Below, piece after piece: positions 19,481 through 27,152 of a stretch of 51,570 nt of DNA. The position numbers and the translations under genes are program-made. The DNA comes from a virus. Taxonomy: Duplodnaviria; Caudoviricetes. The DNA is taken from the IMG/VR virus record IMGVR_UViG_3300030372_001820, positions 1 through 51,570 of that record, one strand, 5' to 3'. Each line of letters begins with the position of its first letter. Within the stretch, counting starts at the first letter, position 1. The notes beneath the pieces were generated by a model. It searched no databases and was not told where the DNA came from. It worked only from the letters and a program-made list of their open reading frames with translations.

Positions 19481-20244
19481 TATTTCTCCTCGTTTATAGC
19501 TTTTAACTCTGGTCTTTTTGCATCTTCTAATTGTTCAGGGCTAAAACCTTGAAACATTCCAATAATACCCATTTCTTTTTGTTTAATTGTATTACCAGTT
19601 GTCCCTATTATTTTTCCTATTTCCTTTGTTGATTGCAGTACAATATTGTCATCTTCACTATTATCGGATAATAATTTTAATTTACCCAATACATATTCGT
19701 GGTCTAGACCCATATTCTTTGCAATATCCATTACAGATTTTTCTATTTCGTGCATAACTCTATCCTGTTTTAATAGCATTACAGCTTTCTTTTTAGATTT
19801 TATTGTGTCATCAGCATCAAACGCATCCATATACGATTTGACTATTCCCATACCTACAGCAACATTAGTTGCAAACATTTTTTCTTTATTGGTTATAGAT
19901 TTACGTTCTTTGACACTTTTTGGATTTGTTCCACTAAACGTATATCTGTTTGGATGTTTGGTAAAATCAGTATCCATTTCTGATGTTTTGTTAACTATAA
20001 ATGTTCCTACTATTGTACGAACCCATCCATTAGCAAACTTATAGTTTTTTCTGTCGTTATGATGTTTTATATTTGTAGAAACCTTTAGCAGTTGTACAAT
20101 CTTACCATCGTCTGCATATACCCAATCTCCTTCTTTTGCAATTTTCCAATCCTTATGCACCTTAGTGTTTGGATTGTTTACCCTAAATTCTTCTATACTG
20201 TCATAAACGTAATGTTTTTTATTCCGTATTGTTTGGTAGTCCAT
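19480..20244 (-). CDS. Probable terminase small subunit
   Basis: Upstream of TerL; T.KEKMFA..G...SYMDAF..A.MLLK..V...I helical TerS-like HTH pattern. Confidence 0.6.
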   Translation of the reverse strand: MDYQTIRNKKHYVYDSIEEFRVNNPNTKVHKDWKIAKEGDWVYADDGKIVQLLKVSTNIKHHNDRKNYKFANGWVRTIVGTFIVNKTSEMDTDFTKHPNRYTFSGTNPKSVKERKSITNKEKMFATNVAVGMGIVKSYMDAFDADDTIKSKKKAVMLLKQDRVMHEIEKSVMDIAKNMGLDHEYVLGKLKLLSDNSEDDNIVLQSTKEIGKIIGTTGNTIKQKEMGIIGMFQGFSPEQLEDAKRPELKAINEEK

Positions 20245-20434
20245 CTTCTAATTGTGTTTTTAAAGAAACAGTTTTCTCGAAGAGTCTTTCTATTAATTCA
20301 TTGACAGCTGAAGGAATATAATATACTTGTCCGTCTATGTCTATAGGAGTATAAATATCTTTAGATATACGTTTTAATATATATTTCTGTTCTTCAGCAG
20401 TAAGATTTAATAATTCTGTCATAGCAATAGCCAT
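20219..20434 (-). CDS. Hypothetical protein, first gene of the late minus-strand unit
   Basis: 71 aa ORF overlapping the TerS start. Confidence 0.55.
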   Translation of the reverse strand: MAIAMTELLNLTAEEQKYILKRISKDIYTPIDIDGQVYYIPSAVNELIERLFEKTVSLKTQLEDGLPNNTE

Positions 20435-20437
20435 ATT

Positions 20438-20469
20438 TGAATCTAACCTATAACCTAATTTATTACAAA
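20438..20469 (-). promoter_or_regulatory. Putative promoter TTTG-N20-TAGATTCA
   Basis: Variant of the recurring motif, directly upstream of the packaging operon. Confidence 0.45.
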
Positions 20470-20530
20470 TAATTTATCAGCGCAAGAAACAGTCATGTAA
20501 TACCCTTTTTTATAAAAAAAATAACTCTGT

Positions 20531-20560
20531 ATTTTATCTGGTTAAAAAGTCAAAAGTCAA
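20531..20560 (-). promoter_or_regulatory. Putative sigma70-like promoter TTGACT-N18-TAAAAT
   Basis: Near-consensus -35/-10 in the divergent intergenic region. Confidence 0.4.
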
Positions 20561-20633
20561 GTCTTATTTTAAAATGACCAAGTGTTTTCTGAAAAAAATG
20601 CAGATAAATGTCGCAGGGTGTTTTTTACATATA

Positions 20634-20652
20634 TACCCCCCATAGGGGGGTA
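20634..20652. repeat. Perfect inverted repeat TACCCCCC-ATA-GGGGGGTA
   Basis: 8-bp stem, 3-nt loop, in the very AT-rich strand-switch region. Confidence 0.85.
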
Positions 20653-20744
20653 ACACTAAAATAGAATTTTAGTTATATAATTTATTTATATAAATATTAA
20701 TTGATTAATTATTAATAAAACAACATAAGAAAGGATATGAAACT

Positions 20745-21014
20745 ATGACTACCATAGAAGAAATATACCAAGAGTTTGTAACTGAAATGAAGTCTATCAT
20801 CACAGAGTACAGAGCTAAACATAAGACAGCACCAATGAAGCGTGGATGGAACAGAACGTTTGGCACATCTATACCTAACAAGAATGATGTTCTACGTGAG
20901 CGTGATGCTAATCTGAAACAACTTAATGCAGACTGTGAGTTACTAACACAGAAAACATTAGTTACATTTGCAGAAGACCAAGAGTATGTATCAACCGTTA
21001 ACGTAGTAGAGTAA
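20745..21014 (+). CDS. Early hypothetical protein
   Basis: 89 aa, AAAGGA RBS, first plus-strand gene. Confidence 0.7.
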   Translation: MTTIEEIYQEFVTEMKSIITEYRAKHKTAPMKRGWNRTFGTSIPNKNDVLRERDANLKQLNADCELLTQKTLVTFAEDQEYVSTVNVVE

Positions 21015-21029
21015 GCATTTACTACCAAC

Positions 21030-21059
21030 AGACCTAAGCAAGTCTATCAAAACTGCTTA
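21030..21059 (+). ncRNA. Candidate H-type RNA pseudoknot
   Basis: AGAC/GTCT stem; loop TAAGCA pairs with downstream TGCTTA; followed by a T-rich tract. Confidence 0.45.
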
Positions 21060-21080
21060 CTTTTCTTTTCTTGTTTGTCC

Positions 21081-21109
21081 TTGTGCTGTTATATAGCATA
21101 TATTATAAT
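21081..21109 (+). promoter_or_regulatory. Putative sigma70-like promoter TTGTGC-N17-TATAAT
   Basis: Consensus -10, 17-nt spacer, upstream of structured element 21182-21301. Confidence 0.5.
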
Positions 21110-21181
21110 GTTTAATGTCATACTTTTACTTATATATATATATGTTTTTAATAGCACTTGGGCATAAACTTTATATTACAT

Positions 21182-21301
21182 TTGTGATTTTGTTTGAGAA
21201 GCCGTAGACATGCTTTTCAGGGTACTTAAGTGTACTCGTATTGTAAGTCATGTAGTGGAGTTAGGTAGGTGTAGTGCACTGCAAGTCCTAATAAATCACA
21301 A
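21182..21301 (+). ncRNA. Candidate multi-branch structured RNA (~120 nt)
   Basis: Closing stem TTGTGATTT/AAATCACAA enclosing three hairpins: TGAGAAGC/GCTTTTCA, GGGTAC/GTACTC, TTAGG/CCTAA. Confidence 0.5.
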
Positions 21302-21327
21302 TAACTTATTTAACTAAAGGAACTATT

Positions 21328-21486
21328 ATGAAATTAAAATCAAAAGATGAAATAACTATTAAATTAATAGAAAAATTAGAACAGCATCAGAATTGTGATA
21401 GAAATGATATAGGTGAAAGAGTAGAGTTAGATGGTGCAATAAATATGTTAAAATGGGTATTAGGAATAGGAGAAGTAAATGAGTAG
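21328..21486 (+). CDS. 52-aa early protein (absent from ORF track)
   Basis: AAAGGA RBS; MKLKSKDEITIKL..GAINMLKWVLG. Confidence 0.7.
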   Translation: MKLKSKDEITIKLIEKLEQHQNCDRNDIGERVELDGAINMLKWVLGIGEVNE

Positions 21487-21877
21487 AATGGAAAAGCCAT
21501 TAGGATATATAAAAATTGCAAGAGCACTCGAATTAGATGTTAATAGCTTCCAAAACTATGTAGTATGTTTCCCAAGAGCAAAATGGTTACTTACACGAAA
21601 CTTTATGTTCGAACAAAACTTTATGGAAAAAGAAGAAACTAATATGCATCATACAGTTCCTATTTATAATGTAATAAAGAATGGCAGTAAAATAGGAATA
21701 GTATTGCCACGATACGATGAGAACAAGAAACCTTTTCTATTCATACCAAGAACATATAACAAGCGACGACTGGACAGAATGAACAATCGTAAAACAATAT
21801 TGAGAGACTATTATATATTTGAAGTCAACGATGATTTTGAAATATATAGTGATGCAAAGCTTACATTTTTTCAATAG
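21479..21877 (+). CDS. Early hypothetical protein
   Basis: 132 aa, AGGAG RBS. Confidence 0.65.
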   Translation: MSRMEKPLGYIKIARALELDVNSFQNYVVCFPRAKWLLTRNFMFEQNFMEKEETNMHHTVPIYNVIKNGSKIGIVLPRYDENKKPFLFIPRTYNKRRLDRMNNRKTILRDYYIFEVNDDFEIYSDAKLTFFQ

Positions 21878-21940
21878 GGCTAGACATAACTAAAATAATA
21901 GGTAGTTAGATTATAAACACGTAATAATCGTTTAGCCCTA
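21875..21940 (+). ncRNA. Candidate three-way-junction RNA
   Basis: TAGGGCTAGAC/GTTTAGCCCTA closing stem plus TAACTA/TAGTTA and GATTAT/ATAATC arms. Confidence 0.5.
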
Positions 21941-21946
21941 AACTTT

Positions 21947-22038
21947 GTGGTTACAAGCAGAGTTTAAGAAACTCCAACACACAATATATCTCTCTCTCAA
22001 ATTATATAGTGTCAATAGTAATAAGCCTCTGTAACCAC
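21947..22038 (+). ncRNA. Candidate branched RNA
   Basis: GTGGTTACA/TGTAACCAC closing stem, GAGTTT/AAACTC hairpin, second arm with a (TC)n loop. Confidence 0.45.
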
Positions 22039-22077
22039 TAACAATTAATTAACAATAAATAACATAAGGAACAGTAT

Positions 22078-22188
22078 ATGAAGAATATTATAATGGATTT
22101 TATCGTATGGGTAATATACGAAACTAAACAAAAATATGAATTTATCATTGGTCTTATGATGGGAATAGGAATAGGAATGTTGCTATGA
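22078..22188 (+). CDS. 36-aa small hydrophobic/membrane protein (absent from ORF track)
   Basis: TAAGGA RBS; MKNIIMDFIVWVIYETKQKYEFIIGLMMGIGIGMLL*; ATGA overlap with the next gene. Confidence 0.65.
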   Translation: MKNIIMDFIVWVIYETKQKYEFIIGLMMGIGIGMLL

Positions 22189-22514
22189 AACGTAAAAGAT
22201 ATGAAAGAAACAGAAAATTTACAGGAAGAAATGAATCGCAATTAATAACTAATAGAGAAATAAAAAAACTTGTAAAGAAAGCATTGAAAGATAAACCTAA
22301 AAATAAACCTGCTAAAGGATATGTATTTCTTAAAACATTAGATGAAGGAACACATTTTGAAACTCAAGCAGGAACTAAGGGTCTTTTAATAAGCAAAAAC
22401 ATAAACTGTGAAGTAATTGTAACTCATGCAAATGTTTCTAAAGAAGACAAAGCATATTATCTGGGTAAACAAATATTTCCAGAAACAACAGAAGTAAAGA
22501 AAGTGAGAGTATAA
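22185..22514 (+). CDS. Early hypothetical basic protein
   Basis: 109 aa, coupled at both ends. Confidence 0.65.
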   Translation: MKRKRYERNRKFTGRNESQLITNREIKKLVKKALKDKPKNKPAKGYVFLKTLDEGTHFETQAGTKGLLISKNINCEVIVTHANVSKEDKAYYLGKQIFPETTEVKKVRV

Positions 22515-22720
22515 TGTCATTACCAAGAACAGAAGACTTTGTAAATATGAATGACTATTTTGAGTCATTATCCAAAGCAGTAGATATGAAAAAAACAAAA
22601 GCAATAGATTTGATAGATGATTTGGCATGGGAGTATCAGAGAATGTCAAGTTCAGGCAAAGAATCATTTAATGAATTATGTAAGTTATTTGATATACCAA
22701 CAATAGAAGAGGGAGAATAA
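22514..22720 (+). CDS. Early hypothetical protein
   Basis: 68 aa; L.WEYQRMSSSG motif. Confidence 0.65.
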   Translation: MSLPRTEDFVNMNDYFESLSKAVDMKKTKAIDLIDDLAWEYQRMSSSGKESFNELCKLFDIPTIEEGE

Positions 22721-22722
22721 TA

Positions 22723-23361
22723 ATGGGTTATGATGTATATGGTATGAATCCACAACAAAATAAAGATTATCCTGAAAGATATAATAAAATAATGGAAGAG
22801 TATGGTAGTGGAGATGGATGGTTAGATTGGGATAAGAAAATACCAAAGAAAGTTTTAGATGAATATTATGATTTGAAAGATAAATACGAAACAGATAATC
22901 CAGGCTCATACTTTAGAAATAATGTATGGTTCTGGAGACCATTATGGAATTACGTTTGTGAAGTTTGTGAAGATTTCATGACAGCTGATGAAATAGATGG
23001 TGGTCACAGCAATAGTGGATTTGAAATACCAGAAGAAACAGCTATCCATATTGCAAAAGTATTATCTGAAAAACTAGCCGACGGAAGTGTTGACGAAAGA
23101 GAAAGAAAGTATGAATTAAGAAGGGCAAAAGCTGAAGCATGGAATCAAGAAGTTAGAGCAGAAATGGATAAAATAAGTAAAGAATGTAGAGATAAACATG
23201 GTCAAAATAAAGTTCCTGCTAATTATCCAGAACCTTACAATACACAATGGCAAGAAGCATATTCAAAAGAGGATTGGAGTGCTAATTACCCATATAGCAA
23301 AGAAAATATAGAAAATTTTGCTAAGTTCTGCAAACAAAGTGGAGGTTTTCAAATATGTTAA
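22723..23361 (+). CDS. Conserved phage hypothetical protein
   Basis: 212 aa; GGAG RBS; MG.DVYG..YFRNNVW.WRPLW..F..SGGF.IC pattern. Confidence 0.7.
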   Translation: MGYDVYGMNPQQNKDYPERYNKIMEEYGSGDGWLDWDKKIPKKVLDEYYDLKDKYETDNPGSYFRNNVWFWRPLWNYVCEVCEDFMTADEIDGGHSNSGFEIPEETAIHIAKVLSEKLADGSVDERERKYELRRAKAEAWNQEVRAEMDKISKECRDKHGQNKVPANYPEPYNTQWQEAYSKEDWSANYPYSKENIENFAKFCKQSGGFQIC

Positions 23362-23576
23362 GAAAGAAAACACAGAAAGAAGAAATACTAAATTACTTTC
23401 AGTCTGGTGGTGTTCTTACACCTATTGATGCATTAAGAAAGTTTGGTTGTTTTAGATTAGCAGCCATTGTGTTTGATTTAAAAAAAGATGGTCATGATAT
23501 ACATACAAGAATACAATACGAAGGTGGTAAGAAATATGCAAAGTACAAGTTAAAAGTAAAAAGTACTTTGTTCTAA
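23355..23576 (+). CDS. Winged HTH DNA-binding protein (HTH_39-like)
   Basis: TQ..IL..G..LTP.DAL..FGCFRLAA.V.DLK..GHDI. Confidence 0.8.
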   Translation: MLRKKTQKEEILNYFQSGGVLTPIDALRKFGCFRLAAIVFDLKKDGHDIHTRIQYEGGKKYAKYKLKVKSTLF

Positions 23577-23597
23577 GTCTTATTATTGTTAAATTTA
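23567..23597 (+). promoter_or_regulatory. Putative promoter TTTG-N19-TAAATTTA for the recombination/replication operon
   Basis: Recurring motif upstream of a structured leader and 23707. Confidence 0.55.
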
Positions 23598-23614
23598 AGT
23601 AGTATTGTGGGATA

Positions 23615-23688
23615 TTAGGGGACTCAGTTGTTCTACATAAAGGGGTTTATATAGACAATGAGTTACACATCTATGCTGAGTCCTTTAA
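23615..23688 (+). promoter_or_regulatory. Structured 5' leader
   Basis: 13-bp stem TTAGGGGACTCAG/CTGAGTCCTTTAA (two G-U pairs) enclosing a long inner hairpin with a GGGG loop. Confidence 0.5.
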
Positions 23689-23706
23689 AATTATAAGGAA
23701 AAACAA

Positions 23707-24474
23707 ATGGGTATAAATTCAACAAAAAATAGTATTGTTCTTGATACGTATTCTAAATATATACAGGACAAACAAAAAGAAAACGAGTTAAATCGTAAAG
23801 AAAATAATCCTGATTCTTATTTTAGTGCATCAAGTGCTGGTTCATGTAGGTTAAAACAATTTTATCAATTATCAAGTGCTGAAAAAAAAAATATGGATGA
23901 TAGGTCTGGAAGATTAATGAGACTTGGTACAATTGTGCACAAAGATATAGAATATGCTTTAGTAAAGTATACACAAGATATTTACAAAAATACAGGAATG
24001 ATTTCATTAATTGAACATTTTATACAAATACCAAGACTTAGAGTTCAAGGAACTTTAGATGTTGCGTTTGTACATGAAAAAAATAAATATGCAGAGATAA
24101 CTGATATAAAAACTGTGCATAGTTATAAATGGAAAAAAATGTTTGGTAGAAAAAACCAAAGAGATTTTAATCCAAGTGTAAATTACGAACTACAAATTGG
24201 TACGTATGCATTAGGTCTTATGGAAGAGTTTGATTTTTTAAATCATGATAATATAAAAATGTCATTAACATGGTATAAAAAAGAAACAAGTGATGTAAGA
24301 GTAAGCAACATACCAAGTTATTGGATAGAACAAGCAGAAAACTATTGGACTAAAATAAACAAAAGAATATATGAAGAGGACACAATACCTAATGTAGGAG
24401 AAGAAGATACACCAGTATATGACTGGGAATGTAACTATTGTCCTTATCATGAAATAACTTGCAAAGGAGCATAA
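23707..24474 (+). CDS. Cas4-like PD-(D/E)XK exonuclease
   Basis: SSAGSC, GTIVH, GTLD, DIKT, QIGTY motifs and C-terminal WECNYCPY..C; four Cys for a probable Fe-S cluster. Confidence 0.88.
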   Translation: MGINSTKNSIVLDTYSKYIQDKQKENELNRKENNPDSYFSASSAGSCRLKQFYQLSSAEKKNMDDRSGRLMRLGTIVHKDIEYALVKYTQDIYKNTGMISLIEHFIQIPRLRVQGTLDVAFVHEKNKYAEITDIKTVHSYKWKKMFGRKNQRDFNPSVNYELQIGTYALGLMEEFDFLNHDNIKMSLTWYKKETSDVRVSNIPSYWIEQAENYWTKINKRIYEEDTIPNVGEEDTPVYDWECNYCPYHEITCKGA

Positions 24475-24475
24475 A

Positions 24476-25102
24476 ATGCCAAAGAAAAAACAAGATAATA
24501 CATTACAAGAAATTGATAATGAAAACATGGAACTAGATGCACATAGAGTTAGATTTCAAAATATAGCTTTAACACATGGTTTAGTAAGTAATATGAAAAC
24601 ACCAAAAGCTTACATAAAAGATAAGATGGGTATGGATTACGTAGAGATTGGTTATATGAAACAAACTGCTGATAGACATTATCCTGGCTGGAGCTGGCAG
24701 ATTATTAATACAGAATTTGCTGGAACAGAAGCATTTGTAGTACATGGCAGATTAATGTGGTATGATAGTGGTGTAAAAAGAATAGGTGATATGACAGCTG
24801 CACATCGTATACAAAAGAAAAAAGGTAGTTCGGAATACGTTGATTTAGGTAACGATATTAAATCAGCAAATACAGACTGTATGAAAAAAGCATTTAATAT
24901 GTATATGAATATTGCAGATGATGTATATCGCAATCAAGTCGAAGATACAGAATTAACAGAACAACAAAAAGATTCTATACTAGCACTTGCAGAAAGTATA
25001 AGTAAAGAAACAAAAAATCAAATAGAAAAACTAATAGAAAATGGTGATTTGCACGCTTTGAACTACAAAGGTTCATTCAGTAAACTTTCGAGACAAGCGT
25101 AA
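24476..25102 (+). CDS. Rad52/Sak-like single-strand annealing protein
   Basis: DYVE..YM...WSW, KSA.TDC.KKA.N..ADDVY; follows the exonuclease. Confidence 0.8.
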   Translation: MPKKKQDNTLQEIDNENMELDAHRVRFQNIALTHGLVSNMKTPKAYIKDKMGMDYVEIGYMKQTADRHYPGWSWQIINTEFAGTEAFVVHGRLMWYDSGVKRIGDMTAAHRIQKKKGSSEYVDLGNDIKSANTDCMKKAFNMYMNIADDVYRNQVEDTELTEQQKDSILALAESISKETKNQIEKLIENGDLHALNYKGSFSKLSRQA

Positions 25103-25143
25103 TGATTGCTATAATAACTAACAATAAAAAAAAGGAAAACAAC

Positions 25144-25320
25144 ATGGTAGAAGTAACACAAGAAGACTTTCTTGAATACAAGAGAGTACAACAAAGTGGA
25201 ATGTATAATATGTTTGACCCACAAGCACGACAAATGACTAATCTTTCTAAAGAACAATGGGTTAAAATAATGCAAGAATACAAAAAGTTAAACGAAGCTT
25301 GGGGTAATGATGACGAATAA
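25144..25320 (+). CDS. Hypothetical protein (SG.YNMFD motif)
   Basis: Start moved to the ATG after the AAAGGA RBS. Confidence 0.65.
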   Translation: MVEVTQEDFLEYKRVQQSGMYNMFDPQARQMTNLSKEQWVKIMQEYKKLNEAWGNDDE

Positions 25321-25561
25321 TATCAACGAAGAACTTTTACAAAAAGGTTTGAGTTATACTGTCGGAATCAATGATGGTAAAGTATTTGATAGAGTTGTAT
25401 ACAAAGGAACTAGAAATGTTATGGGTAAACAAATTATGTGTTTTGAAACAGAACATAAAGAAACTGTTACTGTAAATCCTAGTTACTTTTCGTATTCAAT
25501 AGAAGATAATGGATACTTTCCACAACCTGAAGATTTTAATAATAACAAAGGAAAACAATAA
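25307..25561 (+). CDS. Hypothetical protein
   Basis: 84 aa in a coupled operon. Confidence 0.6.
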   Translation: MMTNNINEELLQKGLSYTVGINDGKVFDRVVYKGTRNVMGKQIMCFETEHKETVTVNPSYFSYSIEDNGYFPQPEDFNNNKGKQ

Positions 25562-25836
25562 TGGGAAGAATAACAATAGCAGAAATGGAAGACCTTAAAA
25601 AGAAAGGTTTGCTTGATGATAAAGCAGTTGAAGAAATGCAGAAGAGTGGTATTGTTGGCACAAGAAGAAGAGGAGTAAGAAGGTTTATGAAAGATGGTAA
25701 AGGAAATCAAGTTACACCTCAATTGTATTTTAGAGGTCTTTCTAAAACTGGAGAATACTCAAAGAAAATGACAGAGTTCAAAGATGAATTCGCTAAACTA
25801 GTAAACAAATACACAACAGAAGGGAAAAATAAATGA
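25561..25836 (+). CDS. Hypothetical basic protein
   Basis: 91 aa, AAAGGA RBS. Confidence 0.65.
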   Translation: MGRITIAEMEDLKKKGLLDDKAVEEMQKSGIVGTRRRGVRRFMKDGKGNQVTPQLYFRGLSKTGEYSKKMTEFKDEFAKLVNKYTTEGKNK

Positions 25837-26447
25837 AAGATGTAGGTGCTACATTCGATAAGTCAAAACAAAGTTACTTACCAATAGAAGCTGGTAAATA
25901 TCCAGCACATATAAGTTCTGTATATGAAAGAGAACTTAATACTAAAGCAGGTAAAGCTATTGTTGTTAATATGTCTTACGATATAGCAGAAGATGTTAAA
26001 GACATTACTCAGAAAGTATACAAAATGGATGGATATGATTATGAGTTAGATAAAGATGGAAACAAGATACCTGTTAATGATAAAGATGGTAAACCTGTTT
26101 TAGCAGCTTGTAAACATCTATCAGGTAAACAATTTAGAGATAATGGTACTTTCTTATTCTTAGAAGAGAAATCAGCAGGTAAAAATGGTAGATACTATAG
26201 TTTACTTCAGAATCTCGGAATTGAAGTTAAAGAAGACGGAAAGTTACCTTTAGTAGAAGAAGATGATGTAATTGGTTTACCTGTATTTGTAACTTTAAAA
26301 TCTGAAACTTATGTTACTAAAGATACTAAAGACTTGCCAGAAGCTGAACAAGAAGTAAGAACAGCATGGAAAGTTGATAGAATAGATGCATGGGCAGATG
26401 GTGTTAAAGTAAGCAAAGAAGAAATGGAAGAAGACTTACCATTTTAA
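25833..26447 (+). CDS. Single-stranded DNA-binding protein-like (DUF669-like)
   Basis: PIEAGKYPAHI N-terminus; acidic tail EEMEEDLPF; in recombination operon. Confidence 0.7.
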   Translation: MKDVGATFDKSKQSYLPIEAGKYPAHISSVYERELNTKAGKAIVVNMSYDIAEDVKDITQKVYKMDGYDYELDKDGNKIPVNDKDGKPVLAACKHLSGKQFRDNGTFLFLEEKSAGKNGRYYSLLQNLGIEVKEDGKLPLVEEDDVIGLPVFVTLKSETYVTKDTKDLPEAEQEVRTAWKVDRIDAWADGVKVSKEEMEEDLPF

Positions 26448-26461
26448 GTTAAATCCCTTTA

Positions 26462-26567
26462 TGTAGCAAAGGTCGGATGTGCATTGAAAAAGTGTAACAT
26501 CTCGGATTGGCTGGGTTTTGGCTACAAATAATGGTAACATGGTATTGTGGACATTATTCAAAACCCA
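26462..26567 (+). ncRNA. Candidate pseudoknotted RNA
   Basis: TGTAGC/GCTACA, GATGT../..ACATC, AATAATG/CATTATT and a crossing 9-bp TGGGTTTTG/CAAAACCCA pairing. Confidence 0.5.
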
Positions 26568-26590
26568 AAATTTTAAAAGGAAAAACAAAC

Positions 26591-26818
26591 ATGGCAAAAC
26601 AAATAGAATCAATAACAATAAAATTTACAAGAAATGAATTAAGATTATTAATTAGAGCTTTATATGTAACAAGAAAAACTAATAGACTTTATGCAGAGTG
26701 GACATCTAATGAGTTATGGGAAACACCAGACCAATATGCAATTACAGCCTTTAGAGCATTGTCAAAAGATTTAATAAATATTGAAGATAAAATAAGAGAG
26801 GAGGAAGGTCTTGGGTAA
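26591..26818 (+). CDS. Hypothetical protein
   Basis: Start at MAKQIES after the AAAGGA RBS. Confidence 0.65.
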   Translation: MAKQIESITIKFTRNELRLLIRALYVTRKTNRLYAEWTSNELWETPDQYAITAFRALSKDLINIEDKIREEEGLG

Positions 26819-27152
26819 AATGAAAAGATTTTCTATGGAACAAGCAGCTGATATGGAATCAGATATGATAGATTTTGATGATGCTTTAGAAGAATATAAA
26901 TCAGACATGGTATTTCATAAATGCGAAGATAAAACTGTTAATAATCTTATGCGTAAGTTTTCAGACAGAGCAATATCTTCTAATAAAAAACATGGAGATA
27001 AAATACACGAAGTAAATAAATCTAATATACAATGGGTTACTGAAGCACTTGAAGAATGTATGGATATGTGTGTTTATTTAGAAAGATTATTAGAAAAATT
27101 ACAAATGGATACAGAACAAGAAAGGAGAGGTAATGTACGTAACTTGTCCTAG
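26811..27152 (+). CDS. All-alpha NTP pyrophosphatase-like protein (MazG/dUTPase superfamily); start uncertain
   Basis: KKHG..WVTEALEECMDMCVYL fits the ExxEExxD metal-binding helix. Confidence 0.5.
   Translation: MGKMKRFSMEQAADMESDMIDFDDALEEYKSDMVFHKCEDKTVNNLMRKFSDRAISSNKKHGDKIHEVNKSNIQWVTEALEECMDMCVYLERLLEKLQMDTEQERRGNVRNLS

Noticed and set aside
21947-21965. Twister ribozyme suggested by GGTTACAAGC and GCAGAG
   Set aside because: The two motifs overlap, leaving no room for the twister P4 and pseudoknots, and GTGGTTACA pairs perfectly with 22030-22038 instead.
21100-22060. tRNA genes in the early non-coding region
   Set aside because: No T-loop GTTCRA, D-loop consensus or cloverleaf spacing was found.
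23707-24474. CRISPR-Cas locus suggested by the Cas4-like gene
   Set aside because: No array or other cas genes; the context is a phage exonuclease-annealase pair.
26507-26590. TTG-start extension of ORF 26507..26818
   Set aside because: A good RBS and ATG lie at 26591, and the extension coincides with the structured element.
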